64,000 nt of DNA. Origin: Candidatus Hermodarchaeota archaeon (GTDB lineage Archaea > Asgardarchaeota > Lokiarchaeia > Sigyniarchaeales > SOKP01). Below the pieces are notes generated by a model. It searched no databases. It was not told where the DNA came from and saw nothing but the letters and a program-made list of their open reading frames with translations. Shown in pieces: positions 50,674 through 60,810 of this stretch. Made by a program: the position numbers and the translations under genes. The stretch is from assembly GCA_048885525.1 (NCBI GenBank), contig JBHLLP010000016.1, positions 8,458 to 72,457 on the forward strand. The letters are read 5' to 3'. Positions within the stretch are counted from its first letter, which is position 1. Each line of letters starts with the position of its first letter.

Positions 50674-51192
50674 GTGATAATCATCAGAGAAGAAACAGAC
50701 TATACCGAAGCAATCGAAGCATACAAAAATGATCCACTCGTGATCTTAGAACCATGGGGTAGAAGTATCGATCATTTAAGACTTACCATCATTGGTAAAA
50801 AAGGAACGCCTTACTCAGATGGAAAGTTTGTTTTTGAGATAAAATTTCCCGAGAATTACCCTTTTGCACCTCCCTATGCTTATGCAGTTACTTTAATGTG
50901 GCATCCTAATATTGATTCCTCAATTCCTCCAGGAAAATTAAATATTTGTTTAGATTTAATTAATCCAGATTTAGTAGGAAAAGTAGATGCTAGTACTGGA
51001 GCTTCTGGTTGGACACCAAGTAAAACTCTTACTAATATAATTGAGGCTTTAAAAGGTATGATGCATATTGAACCTCCTTTCTTTAATCCAGGAGACCCCT
51101 TAAATCATGAAGCGGGGGAGCAATATTTTAGAGCTCAAAAAAAGTTCGAAGCAAAAGCAGCTGCTTGGACTAAGAAATATGCTATGGATTAA
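50674..51192 (+). CDS. Ubiquitin-conjugating enzyme E2 (UBC fold)
   Basis: GTPY.DGKF...I.FP.NYPFAPP, HPNI...NICLDLI (catalytic Cys), WTPS.TL and PLN.EA motifs. The true start may be ATC 50680. Confidence 0.95.
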   Translation: MIIIREETDYTEAIEAYKNDPLVILEPWGRSIDHLRLTIIGKKGTPYSDGKFVFEIKFPENYPFAPPYAYAVTLMWHPNIDSSIPPGKLNICLDLINPDLVGKVDASTGASGWTPSKTLTNIIEALKGMMHIEPPFFNPGDPLNHEAGEQYFRAQKKFEAKAAAWTKKYAMD

Positions 51193-51284
51193 ATGATTTT
51201 AATTACTTTTTATCTTTCATTTTTAATGTTAATGCTTTAGGAATTTTAATTCAAGAGGATTATGATATCATCTTAGAGATCATT

Positions 51285-51902
51285 ATGAATGTTACATTTA
51301 AAAATAAAAAGGTCATAATCTTCGACTTAGATGGGACTATAGTTAATTTAACAGCAGATTGGATGTCTTTAAAAGATACTTTAATAGAGAAGTATAAAAA
51401 ATATTACAAAGAAGAATCTAATTTTGAAAGGGTTTCAACTTGCCTCTATGAAATAGTAAAAAGAAAAGATGAAAAAGTATTAGAAGACTTTTTTAATATT
51501 ATTCGAGAATTCGAGCTTAAAAACATAAAAGATACTCAACCTATTGATGAAACAATTTTTTTTATTAATAATAAAGAGTTATTTGGTGTTATTGATGGTG
51601 TTAAATTTGCTATCTTATCTCTTAATACTAGGAGTTCTATAATCAGAGCATTAGAACTTGCAAAAATATATGATAAAATAGATTATATAGTAGGTAGGGA
51701 AGATGTAAGAAGATGGAAACCCTCTCCAGAAGGTCTTTTAAAAATTAAGAACCATTATAATGTAAATAAAAAGCAAATGATCTTTTTTGGAGATCTAAAA
51801 ATCGATATGTTAACAGGACAAAATGCTGGTATTGAAGCTTACTTTATAGATGATTTAATAAAACTTGTAAATAAGATTCAGAGTAAGTTAAAACTCAACT
51901 AA
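51285..51902 (+). CDS. HAD-family hydrolase
   Basis: FDLDGT, KPSPEG and GD...DM..G.NAG motifs. Confidence 0.9.
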   Translation: MNVTFKNKKVIIFDLDGTIVNLTADWMSLKDTLIEKYKKYYKEESNFERVSTCLYEIVKRKDEKVLEDFFNIIREFELKNIKDTQPIDETIFFINNKELFGVIDGVKFAILSLNTRSSIIRALELAKIYDKIDYIVGREDVRRWKPSPEGLLKIKNHYNVNKKQMIFFGDLKIDMLTGQNAGIEAYFIDDLIKLVNKIQSKLKLN

Positions 51903-51922
51903 AAAAATTATTTAATCTATTT

Positions 51923-52480
51923 CTAAATTTTCGTAAAACTAAACAGCTCATCATTCCTTTCAAAAAACTTAAATAATCCTGTGCTAGTTATTTTACTAAT
52001 AAGTTCTTCATCCTTAAGATGATGATCATCAACAGAGAGCCATCCATCTGTTTTTAAAACGCGGTGCAGCTCTTTTAAAATACTCTTGGGATCAGATAGG
52101 TCATGATAAATATCTAAAAGTAAAACATTATCAATACTATTACTTCCTAATTTTGTATCACAATCAGTTAATATTGTTTCGATGTTCTTTAATCCCTTTT
52201 CTCTTGCTCTTCTTTCAACTTCTTTGATAGCTAAAGGATGAATATCAGCAGCATAGACTTTTCCTATATTACCAACTACCTCGGCAGCCGCAATTGAATA
52301 ACTACCAGGACCACAACCATAATCTAGTACAATGCTTCCATATTTAATGCTAGTTTTTGCAATTTTGTTAGAAGGGGGATAATTTTTATCACGCTTTTGA
52401 AAATGTTTTACCATAAATTTAAAATGAGCTTTACTCATAGTTTCATCTTTTTTTACTTTTTTGGGAACTGCTCTCACCAA
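51923..52480 (-). CDS. Class I SAM-dependent methyltransferase
   Basis: VLDYGCGPG, VYAADI and ELHRVLK.DG motifs. Confidence 0.9.
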   Translation of the reverse strand: MVRAVPKKVKKDETMSKAHFKFMVKHFQKRDKNYPPSNKIAKTSIKYGSIVLDYGCGPGSYSIAAAEVVGNIGKVYAADIHPLAIKEVERRAREKGLKNIETILTDCDTKLGSNSIDNVLLLDIYHDLSDPKSILKELHRVLKTDGWLSVDDHHLKDEELISKITSTGLFKFFERNDELFSFTKI

Positions 52481-52514
52481 TCTTTATTCTACTAATATAA
52501 AAAAAAATAAAATT

Positions 52515-54098
52515 TCACATATATGTAATTATAACGTTATATTTTTTGATTTCTGATTCTGTTAATGCTTTACCTAGTGGTGTTAAAGATATAATATCAT
52601 TACTTATTATTTTCAATGATGTCAATTTAATATCAGGGTCTTTTAGAGAAGGCATATATGGATTCCAATAAATTTCTTTAGTCATTGGGTTTGTTATCAT
52701 CCAAAATTCTGGGTCTAATTCATATCCAGTTATTTTCATGGCTTTAAAAATATATCCAACATCTGCATCAAATGGTACTACTATTTGTACGTTCTCTTCT
52801 CCCTCAACTTTTCCACAAGCTAAACAATCCTCTCTTTTAATGATGTTTAAATGATCAAATTGACCATATATCCCATTATAATTTACATAAGGAGGATCCA
52901 TTGGAGGCCCTATATTTCTACCTTTTACTCTGAATAAGAGTTTTAGAGCCTCTTGAGATTGTATACTAGCAATAACAGAGCTTACAGACTGTATAGCTGC
53001 AATTTTATTACCTAATATATTTTCCATTTCTTCGAACTTATAATCTGGGCCGAATGTTTCTTTAATATTTTTTTTCCATTCTTCAATTTCTCCTTCTGTT
53101 AAGCTTTCTCTTTTTTCAGGTGGAACATTTTCGTCAAATACTCTTTCCCGTAGCTTCTTTAATTCCTCTTGAGCTAATTCTTTTAGCTTTATTACTTCAT
53201 CGTTAAGATTTAAATCGGGTTTGTGACCATATTTCTTTTCGAAGTCTACTTCTGCCTTTATAACGCAGTGATTCCTATTCCGTGGTAAACCTTTTAAAGT
53301 ACATGCCGCAACAAGCTTATCATCAGCAGGTGGGATAGGTACTAAACACCTATAACAAGGTGTTTGATCTAATAATGCGGGTGCATGTTTCCAATCGAAT
53401 ACCATCTCTATTTCTTTTCGAATTTTATTAATTATAGGTGTTATTTTTTCTGTTTTTATTTCTTCAATTTCTTCTTCTAATTCTTCAATTCTTCTTTGAG
53501 CTTGCATATATTCTGGATAATCCATTTCGGTTATTTCCCAAAGCCTAGCTTCAACTAACTTATCAATTTCTCTTTCTTTATCTTTATATTGTAATCCAGA
53601 ACCTTCAGGAATTACAATTTGACAATGTCCTTCAAATCCTACGGTTCCAGCTTCGACCATTGGTTTCTTCAATCTTAAACATATTTTGTTTAAATCAAGT
53701 CTCGCATTAAAATTATCTAAAGCAGCAACTATAACATCAGATTCTTCATATACAGACATTGGCAGTTTCTGGAGTTTTTCGAAATAAAAATCAACCTTTA
53801 AATAAGGATTCATTTCCTTCAATCTTTCTGCAGCAACTTCAGCTTTAGGTCGCCCTTCATCGCCTGGTTTAAACAGCATTTGTCGTGATAAATTAGAGGT
53901 TTCTATTGTATCTAGATCAACAAGAATTAATTTACCAATTCCCATTAAAGCAAAATCTTTAGCTATTTCACACCCGAGAGCGCCTACTCCAATGATCATC
54001 ATTGTTCCATTATCTATAGTTTCTTGATCCCAACCTTCAATTAATTGTTGCCTCGCATACATACGAGATTTGACAATATCCTCAGTTTTTTCAGTCAT
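52515..54098 (-). CDS. Ubiquitin-activating E1-like enzyme (ThiF/UBA family)
   Basis: YARQ, GVGALGCEI, D.DTIETSNLSRQ.LF, ALDN..AR, TPCYRC, catalytic ACTL...PR...HC and C-terminal CxxC motifs. Confidence 0.93.
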   Translation of the reverse strand: MTEKTEDIVKSRMYARQQLIEGWDQETIDNGTMMIIGVGALGCEIAKDFALMGIGKLILVDLDTIETSNLSRQMLFKPGDEGRPKAEVAAERLKEMNPYLKVDFYFEKLQKLPMSVYEESDVIVAALDNFNARLDLNKICLRLKKPMVEAGTVGFEGHCQIVIPEGSGLQYKDKEREIDKLVEARLWEITEMDYPEYMQAQRRIEELEEEIEEIKTEKITPIINKIRKEIEMVFDWKHAPALLDQTPCYRCLVPIPPADDKLVAACTLKGLPRNRNHCVIKAEVDFEKKYGHKPDLNLNDEVIKLKELAQEELKKLRERVFDENVPPEKRESLTEGEIEEWKKNIKETFGPDYKFEEMENILGNKIAAIQSVSSVIASIQSQEALKLLFRVKGRNIGPPMDPPYVNYNGIYGQFDHLNIIKREDCLACGKVEGEENVQIVVPFDADVGYIFKAMKITGYELDPEFWMITNPMTKEIYWNPYMPSLKDPDIKLTSLKIISNDIISLTPLGKALTESEIKKYNVIITYM

Positions 54099-54235
54099 TT
54101 TAAAAAACGCTATTTTTAATTTTTATAATATTTATATTTAAAGATCTAAATTTAAACTCTTTTAGTTGCTTTTTTTCTAATAATAAGAAAAAAAATTTGG
54201 ATAAATAGATTATATAGTTGTTTAAATGATGATTT

Positions 54236-57200
54236 TTAACTTCTTTTCTTTTTCGTTTTTTCTTTAATCATTCTTTTAAGATTATCAATTTCTTCTCTTT
54301 GCTTAGCTTTCTGCAGTTCTTCTTCAAATTTACTTTTTTCTTTCTCCTTCTTTCTAATTTCTTCTGTAAGTTCTTGCTTGATCTTTATTAATTCTCCCAT
54401 TTCTTTACGAAACTCTTTAGCTTCGTATTCTAATTTCTCTTTTTTCTTATTTTCACTTAACTTTTGTTCTTGTCGTCTTTTTTCGATTAAATTTAATACT
54501 TCATCTGTAAGTTCAGATACTTCACTAATTGTATCTTTTAATTTTAATTCTTCAGCTTTTCTACGTTCTTTTTCTAAAGCTCTCTGTTCTTCTAATTGCT
54601 TTTGTATAGATTGGATCCTGAGTTCCTCTTTTTTAACCCTCTCTTCTAAAATTTTTGTGTTTTTTATTTCAGTCTCAATATATTTAACTTCTTCCTCCCA
54701 ACCAATTTCCTTGAACTTCGAAATTGCAGAGTTAAAATTTTGATAAGCCTTTTCAAAATTATGATATGCAGACCACTTTTTACCCTCATCAATAAGTTTT
54801 AAGCCATCATCTCTTAGCTTATCAATTTGCTGTCTTTTGAGAATTAAATTTCTATATTGCTTTTCTTGTTCTCCTTTTAACTTTTCTTGTTCTAAACGTC
54901 TTTTCTTCACCTCATCTTGAAATAAGGCAAGTTCATTTTGTCTTTGTAATTGAGCTTGCTCCTCTAATCTTTTCTTTTCAAGATAATTCGACTGTTCTTG
55001 TTGTAAATCCTTAATTAATGCATTTAAGTTATTTATCTCTGGTTCCCAACCAATATTTTCCTCTAAGATATGTTTTGCTTGAATATATAAAGAGATTGCT
55101 TCATTATAATTTGGGATACGATGTTTCAGATACTTACCTGCTTCTTCTAATAGAGAATATGCTGATTCTCTAACATTCATCTGCTCTTGAATAAGTCTTT
55201 CTCGTTCTTTAAGCGCTAATTGTTGAGCCTCCCTTTTTTCCCGTTCCTGCCTTTTTCGTTCTTCAATAAGGGCTTCAAGTGCTTTTTCCTCTTCAAATCT
55301 TTCTAGCTCTTTTTGATATTTTAACTTTTCTTCTTCTATTTTTTGATTGCTTAATTTTTTTATTTTAAATATAGTATTATTTATAGAATCAGTAGGAAAT
55401 TGTAGTTCATTCAAAATAATTCCAGCTTTTCTATAGCACACCAAAGCATTATCATATTTTTTTTCTTTAAGAAAGAGTTCTCCTTCATCCAAAATCTTGA
55501 ATGCTTGTTCTTTCCTTTTTTCTAGTTTTAATTTTAATTCTTCTTTCTTTAATACTCTTAATTCTTTTGATTTTAATCTTTTTTTTTCAATTTCTAAATT
55601 TTCAGCTACTTTTCGCTGAAATTTCCACTCTTCTCGTTCTTTTTGTAATAATAATTCTAAGTCTTTTTGTTTTTGAAGTTCATGTTCTCGTTTTTTCTCT
55701 TGTACTTTAAGGATTAGTTCTCTAATAGAATCCGTTGGAAACGCAATTTCATTTAAAATTAATTCAGCTGCATGATAATATTCTAAGGATTTATCATATT
55801 GAGATTTTTTCAAAAATATTTCAGCATCTTCGAGGAGATTAAAAGCTTCCTCCTTTCTCTTTTCCATATAAGCTCTCATTTCTCTACGTTTTTCAAATTC
55901 TGCTTCTTTTACTTTTGCTTTCATTTCATTTATTCTTATAATCTCTGTAATCTTTCTTTGAAATTTGATTTCTTCTTTTTCTTCTTGAAGTTGTGTCTCT
56001 AAACTTCTTTGCTTAGCAAACACTTTCTCTTTATTTTTTTCTCGAATCTTGTGAATCATTTCTCTAATTGCGTTCGTTGGGAATCCAATTTCATTTAAAA
56101 ATAACTCTGCTTGACGATATTTTTCAATTGCTTGAGGATATTGTTGCTTATTAAAATATTCCTCTCCTTTATCCATCAAGTTAAAAGCTTCAGCTTTACG
56201 TTTTTCCATTGTTTGTATTAATTGCTCCCGCTTTTGCATCTCTATTTGTTTAGCTTTTAATCTTTTTTGCTCTCTCTGCATACTTTCAGATATCTTTCGC
56301 TGAAATTGTAATTCCTCTTCTTGTCGTTTTTTTGACAATTCAATTTCTAATTCTTTCCTATTTTCAATTTCTCTTTTTCTATTTTCAATTGTTTTAACTG
56401 TATCTTGGAGTAATTTTAAATAATCACTTGTCCAACCTATTTCAGTAAGCAGTTTTATTGCATTTTCATAGTTCTGCACGGCATTATCATATTTTTCTTG
56501 GCTAAGCAATGAATATCCATTATTTAATAAGGTAAAAGCTTCTTGTTGTGTGGCTAAATTTTGTGCAGTTATTATCTCTCTCATCTGAATCATTGATTTT
56601 TGGTCCAATGCTTTCTCTTGTTCTATTTTCCTTAAATCATTAACTTTTTCCATAAAGATAATATTTGCTTTTTCCATTTCTAAAGCATCCTGAATTGATT
56701 TTTGTTTATTCAACTCATCTTTTCTCTTTTTATTTTCAATTTCATTAATTGCTTCTTGTATCACTGAAATTTCATCAATCCATTGAATTTGAGCAAAAAT
56801 GTTAGCGACATCGTGATAAACTTCAATAGCATCATCAAATTCGCCATTTGAAAGTAAATCTTGAGCCTTTTCTAGTAATTTAAATGCATCTGCTTTTTTA
56901 TTTTCACGATAAGAAATTTCTTTTTCTATTTCTCTAAGTTTAATCTCTCTCTTTTTTAGCTCTTCTCTTTGTATTTTCATTTCTTCGCTAATTCTTTGTT
57001 GGAATAGATGTTCCTCTTTTTCCTTTTCTAGGGCAGTATTTAATTCATGCTGCTTTTTTAGCTCCACCTCACGTTTTTTATTTTCTATAGTGTTGATAGA
57101 ATTTTGAATTAATTCAATTTCACTTTCCCATTCAATTTCCTTAAAAATTTGTGTTGCGAAACGATACAATTCAATTGCATCATCAAATTTTCCTAATTCA

Positions 57201-60200
57201 ATTTTCTTTTGAGCTTCCTCTAATTTATTAAATGCCTCCTCCTTTTTTTGTTCATGAATAACCTTTAATTCTTCTTGTTTCAATAGTTCAGCTTGCTTTT
57301 CTTTCATTTTATACTGCTCAAGTTTCATTTTTTCTATAACTTGTTGCTGAAATAACAGTTCCTCTTGTTCTCTTTTTGATTTTATTTCTAATTCTTTGAA
57401 TTTGTTTAAATCCTCTTCTTTCTTTTTCTCTTGAACCTTTTGAATCATTTCTTTAATAGCTGTAGTTGGAAAATTGATTTCATTTAATAATAATTCAGCT
57501 TGATGGTACTTTTCGATTGATTTATCATATTCCCCTTTATTTAATAGATTTTGAGCTTCATCCATTATTTTAAAAGCCTCTAGCTTACTCTTTTCCATTA
57601 GTTTTACAAGATCTTCTCTTTTCTGTAATTGAATTTCTTTAATTTTCAATCTCTCCTGTTCTATTTCCATATTTTCACTGATTCCCTTTTGAAACAAGTC
57701 CTCTTCTTTTTGACGCTTTAATAAGCTCTCAAATTCTATTTGTTTTTCTTTTTGTCTTTCCTTTTTCTTTAATTCAATTGTTTCAATAGTATCGTGTAAT
57801 AATTTTAAATATCCTTCTCCCCAACCAATTTCTTTTAAAATTTCTATTGCTTTGTTATAATTGTTAATTGCGTCATTAAAATTTTCTGCTTCAAGTAAAA
57901 TTTCTCCTTCTTCGATTAATTTAAACCCTTCTTTCTGTTTTACTATGTTTTGGGCAGAAAGACTTTTTTGCTTTTCTTTTAATTCTCTTTCTATTAAAAA
58001 GTCTGCTTTTTCTCGCTCTCTCTGATATTTAATTAGATCGATAAATGCTTTGTCTTCTGCTTCCTTCTTAATGGTCCTCTGCAGAGATTTTTGTTTATTC
58101 AATTCATCTTCTCTTTTTTTATTCTCAATATCATTAATTGCTTCTTGGATCACTGATATTTCACCAATCCATTGAATCTGAGCAAATATATTTACCACAT
58201 CATAGTATAATTCAAGTGCATCATCAAACTTTCTGTGTGAAATAAAATCTTGAGCTTTGTCTAATAAATCAAACGCTTGTTTCTTTTTTTCTTCGCGATA
58301 GGCAAGTTCTTTTTCTGTTTCTCTAATAATTATTTCTCTTTCCATAAATTTTTCGCGTTGAGTTTTCATTTCCTTCGTAATAAGTTCTTGAAATGTCTTT
58401 TCTCGTCTTTCACGTTCTAATTCGGATTGCAATTTGATTTGTTTCTGTAATTCTGCCTCTCTCTTTCTATTTTCAATTTCTACAATAGAATTTTGAATTA
58501 ACGTGATTTCATTTTGCCATTCGGTTTCCGCAAAAAAAGTTATAGCATATTTGAGGATCTCAATGGCTTCATCAAAATTATTCAATTTTACTTTTTCTTG
58601 TGCTTGTTCTAATAATTTAAACCCTGATTTTCTTCTCTCTTCATGATATTGTGTTTCTTTTTCACGTTCTTTCAACTCAATCTCTTTTCTTTTTAGGTTC
58701 TCACGTTCTTGTTGTAGGTATCTTAAAATTTGTTTTTGGAAATCTTCTTCTTTTCTTTGTCTTTCTATTGCATGTTGTAGTTTTTTCTGTTTTTGAATTT
58801 CTTGTTGTTTTTGTAATTCTTCAACTTCCCTAATTGAATCCTCAATTAAGGGAATCTCCTCTGTCCATTGGATTTCAGCAAAAACATTTGCTGCTTTCTG
58901 ATATGCTAAAATCGTATCTTCATATTTTCCTTCATTTAAGAAATCAATTGCGGAATCTAACAATTCAAAAGCAACATTTTTACGTTGTTCCAAAAACTTA
59001 ATTTCTTTTTCAGTATCTTTAACGATAATTACCTTCTCTTTTAAACGATCACGTTCTTTACTCAAAAGAAGAGAAATTTGATTTTGAAAGTTTATTTCTT
59101 CTCGTCTTCTTTCTTCTATTTTCTTTTGTTCTTGATATTCTTTAGTAAGTTGAGTGTGTTTCAAATTTTCTATATTTGAAATTGTATTTTTAATCATCGT
59201 TTTATAAGCTTCCCATCCAGAGCCTAAATCTAAGATAATTTCTAAAGCATTATTATATTCTTTTATAGCACCATCAAAATTTTTATCTTTTAAAATTTCA
59301 TCTGCTTTATCTAATACTTTGAAAAACTCTTCTTCTCTTTGAACTTCATCACTTCTCTTTACTTCAAAATCTTTTCTTTTTGTATCCAATTCTTTTGCAG
59401 ACTGGAGTACTTGCTCTTTTTGCTTTTTTAAAATTGAATCCTGAAGATTCATTAAATCCTTTTGTCTCTTTTCCTTTAAATGTTCAGCAGCTAGTTCTCT
59501 TTTCTGCTTATTCTTTATACTATCAATTAAACTAATAATTGGTTTTACATATGAATCCCATTCTATCGAATTAAGAAGTTGAACTGCCTCCTTTAACTTT
59601 TCAATAGCTAAATCATACTTTTTTTCCCTTTCAAGCCTGTTTCCAATATCTATTAGATTAAATGCTTTCATTTGAATTTTTTCATCATGCAGTTTCTTCG
59701 CTTCTAATTCATTTAGTTTTTCCTTTTTCAACTCAACTTCTTTTTGTAAAACAATTTTTTGTTCCTCAATATCCCCTGTTAACTTAAGTGCTTCTTGTTT
59801 TTGTCGAGCTTGCAAAGAATCGTAATACATCTTATCCTTTTTAAGTTTCTCAATTATTATTTGAATATTTTGAGTCTGAGCTTCCCAACCAATAGATTCT
59901 AAAAGTTCAATAGCTCTTTCATAATTCAATATCGCATTATCGAATTTATTATCTTTTTCAAACATTTTAGCAGCGTCAATATGAGTAAATGCTTGATTTT
60001 GTATATCTTCTTCATATTTTTTCTGTCTTTGTATCTTTTCTAAAACTTCTGCTTTTTCAACACTACTCTTCTTCCCAAACATACCAACAACTTGTGATTT
60101 CTCGTCTGGTAATACTGTGGGAACTTGTTTTTTCAATACTACATCTTGATCTTGAGATTGTTGAATAGATTTTTGTTGTTTTAAGGCTCTTGAAAGTTGA

Positions 60201-60619
60201 TTAATTTTTGATTTGATATGCTCTAATTGAGTTTCAGTCCATCCTGCTTGAGCTAATAAATTAATCGCAGATAAATTTTGTTGGGTAGCATCTTCAAAAA
60301 AACCATCAAATTCTAGTTTCTTTGCGCCTTCTAATAAATTAAAAGCTTGATCTTGAAGTTGCTCAATTTGAGCTTGAGATTCAACTCGTTGATATAATGC
60401 ATCTTTTTCGATAAAATCCTTTAACTCACCAATCCTATCATAGATTTCTTGGATTCTATGCATCAAAAAGCCACTCTGCTTAAGAAGATCAGCTGCTTTT
60501 TGATAATTTGAAATTGCGGATTCTAAATCTTTCTTTTCTTCAAAATTTTGGGCAAATTCTAAAAATTTTAAAGCTTCTTGAGCTAACTCTTCTGGAGTTT
60601 GCAATTTACCTAAAGCCAC
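54236..60619 (-). CDS. Giant (2127 aa) repeat protein: ~18 MIT/TPR-like helical modules separated by charged coiled-coil/SAH linkers
   Basis: 'AF.L(L/I/M)(D/E).A......(F/Y)D.AI..Y..A..(I/L)..EI.(W/F)' recurs every ~110-120 aa with E/K/Q/R-rich spacers. Confidence 0.8.
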   Translation of the reverse strand: MALGKLQTPEELAQEALKFLEFAQNFEEKKDLESAISNYQKAADLLKQSGFLMHRIQEIYDRIGELKDFIEKDALYQRVESQAQIEQLQDQAFNLLEGAKKLEFDGFFEDATQQNLSAINLLAQAGWTETQLEHIKSKINQLSRALKQQKSIQQSQDQDVVLKKQVPTVLPDEKSQVVGMFGKKSSVEKAEVLEKIQRQKKYEEDIQNQAFTHIDAAKMFEKDNKFDNAILNYERAIELLESIGWEAQTQNIQIIIEKLKKDKMYYDSLQARQKQEALKLTGDIEEQKIVLQKEVELKKEKLNELEAKKLHDEKIQMKAFNLIDIGNRLEREKKYDLAIEKLKEAVQLLNSIEWDSYVKPIISLIDSIKNKQKRELAAEHLKEKRQKDLMNLQDSILKKQKEQVLQSAKELDTKRKDFEVKRSDEVQREEEFFKVLDKADEILKDKNFDGAIKEYNNALEIILDLGSGWEAYKTMIKNTISNIENLKHTQLTKEYQEQKKIEERRREEINFQNQISLLLSKERDRLKEKVIIVKDTEKEIKFLEQRKNVAFELLDSAIDFLNEGKYEDTILAYQKAANVFAEIQWTEEIPLIEDSIREVEELQKQQEIQKQKKLQHAIERQRKEEDFQKQILRYLQQERENLKRKEIELKEREKETQYHEERRKSGFKLLEQAQEKVKLNNFDEAIEILKYAITFFAETEWQNEITLIQNSIVEIENRKREAELQKQIKLQSELERERREKTFQELITKEMKTQREKFMEREIIIRETEKELAYREEKKKQAFDLLDKAQDFISHRKFDDALELYYDVVNIFAQIQWIGEISVIQEAINDIENKKREDELNKQKSLQRTIKKEAEDKAFIDLIKYQREREKADFLIERELKEKQKSLSAQNIVKQKEGFKLIEEGEILLEAENFNDAINNYNKAIEILKEIGWGEGYLKLLHDTIETIELKKKERQKEKQIEFESLLKRQKEEDLFQKGISENMEIEQERLKIKEIQLQKREDLVKLMEKSKLEAFKIMDEAQNLLNKGEYDKSIEKYHQAELLLNEINFPTTAIKEMIQKVQEKKKEEDLNKFKELEIKSKREQEELLFQQQVIEKMKLEQYKMKEKQAELLKQEELKVIHEQKKEEAFNKLEEAQKKIELGKFDDAIELYRFATQIFKEIEWESEIELIQNSINTIENKKREVELKKQHELNTALEKEKEEHLFQQRISEEMKIQREELKKREIKLREIEKEISYRENKKADAFKLLEKAQDLLSNGEFDDAIEVYHDVANIFAQIQWIDEISVIQEAINEIENKKRKDELNKQKSIQDALEMEKANIIFMEKVNDLRKIEQEKALDQKSMIQMREIITAQNLATQQEAFTLLNNGYSLLSQEKYDNAVQNYENAIKLLTEIGWTSDYLKLLQDTVKTIENRKREIENRKELEIELSKKRQEEELQFQRKISESMQREQKRLKAKQIEMQKREQLIQTMEKRKAEAFNLMDKGEEYFNKQQYPQAIEKYRQAELFLNEIGFPTNAIREMIHKIREKNKEKVFAKQRSLETQLQEEKEEIKFQRKITEIIRINEMKAKVKEAEFEKRREMRAYMEKRKEEAFNLLEDAEIFLKKSQYDKSLEYYHAAELILNEIAFPTDSIRELILKVQEKKREHELQKQKDLELLLQKEREEWKFQRKVAENLEIEKKRLKSKELRVLKKEELKLKLEKRKEQAFKILDEGELFLKEKKYDNALVCYRKAGIILNELQFPTDSINNTIFKIKKLSNQKIEEEKLKYQKELERFEEEKALEALIEERKRQEREKREAQQLALKERERLIQEQMNVRESAYSLLEEAGKYLKHRIPNYNEAISLYIQAKHILEENIGWEPEINNLNALIKDLQQEQSNYLEKKRLEEQAQLQRQNELALFQDEVKKRRLEQEKLKGEQEKQYRNLILKRQQIDKLRDDGLKLIDEGKKWSAYHNFEKAYQNFNSAISKFKEIGWEEEVKYIETEIKNTKILEERVKKEELRIQSIQKQLEEQRALEKERRKAEELKLKDTISEVSELTDEVLNLIEKRRQEQKLSENKKKEKLEYEAKEFRKEMGELIKIKQELTEEIRKKEKEKSKFEEELQKAKQREEIDNLKRMIKEKTKKKRS

Positions 60620-60810
60620 CTAATTGTAATTTGAAATAAAAAATGCAAACACTTTTCTTACTTTAATTTAACCACACTAAGTAATTAAACTTTTTATATT
60701 GTGATTATTATTTTAACTAATTTAGTGAAAACGATACACAATTTTGAATTTACAATAATATTGAATTTAAATTTTTGTATAGAACTTCTATATATCAATC
60801 GAACAAAAAT

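Noticed and set aside
1863-58833. Short antisense/overlapping ORFs in the track (e.g. 1863-2093, 10507-10899, 12054-12467, 12896-13174, 15802-16203, 54378-54743)
   Set aside because: Shadows of well-supported genes, with no motifs or SD.
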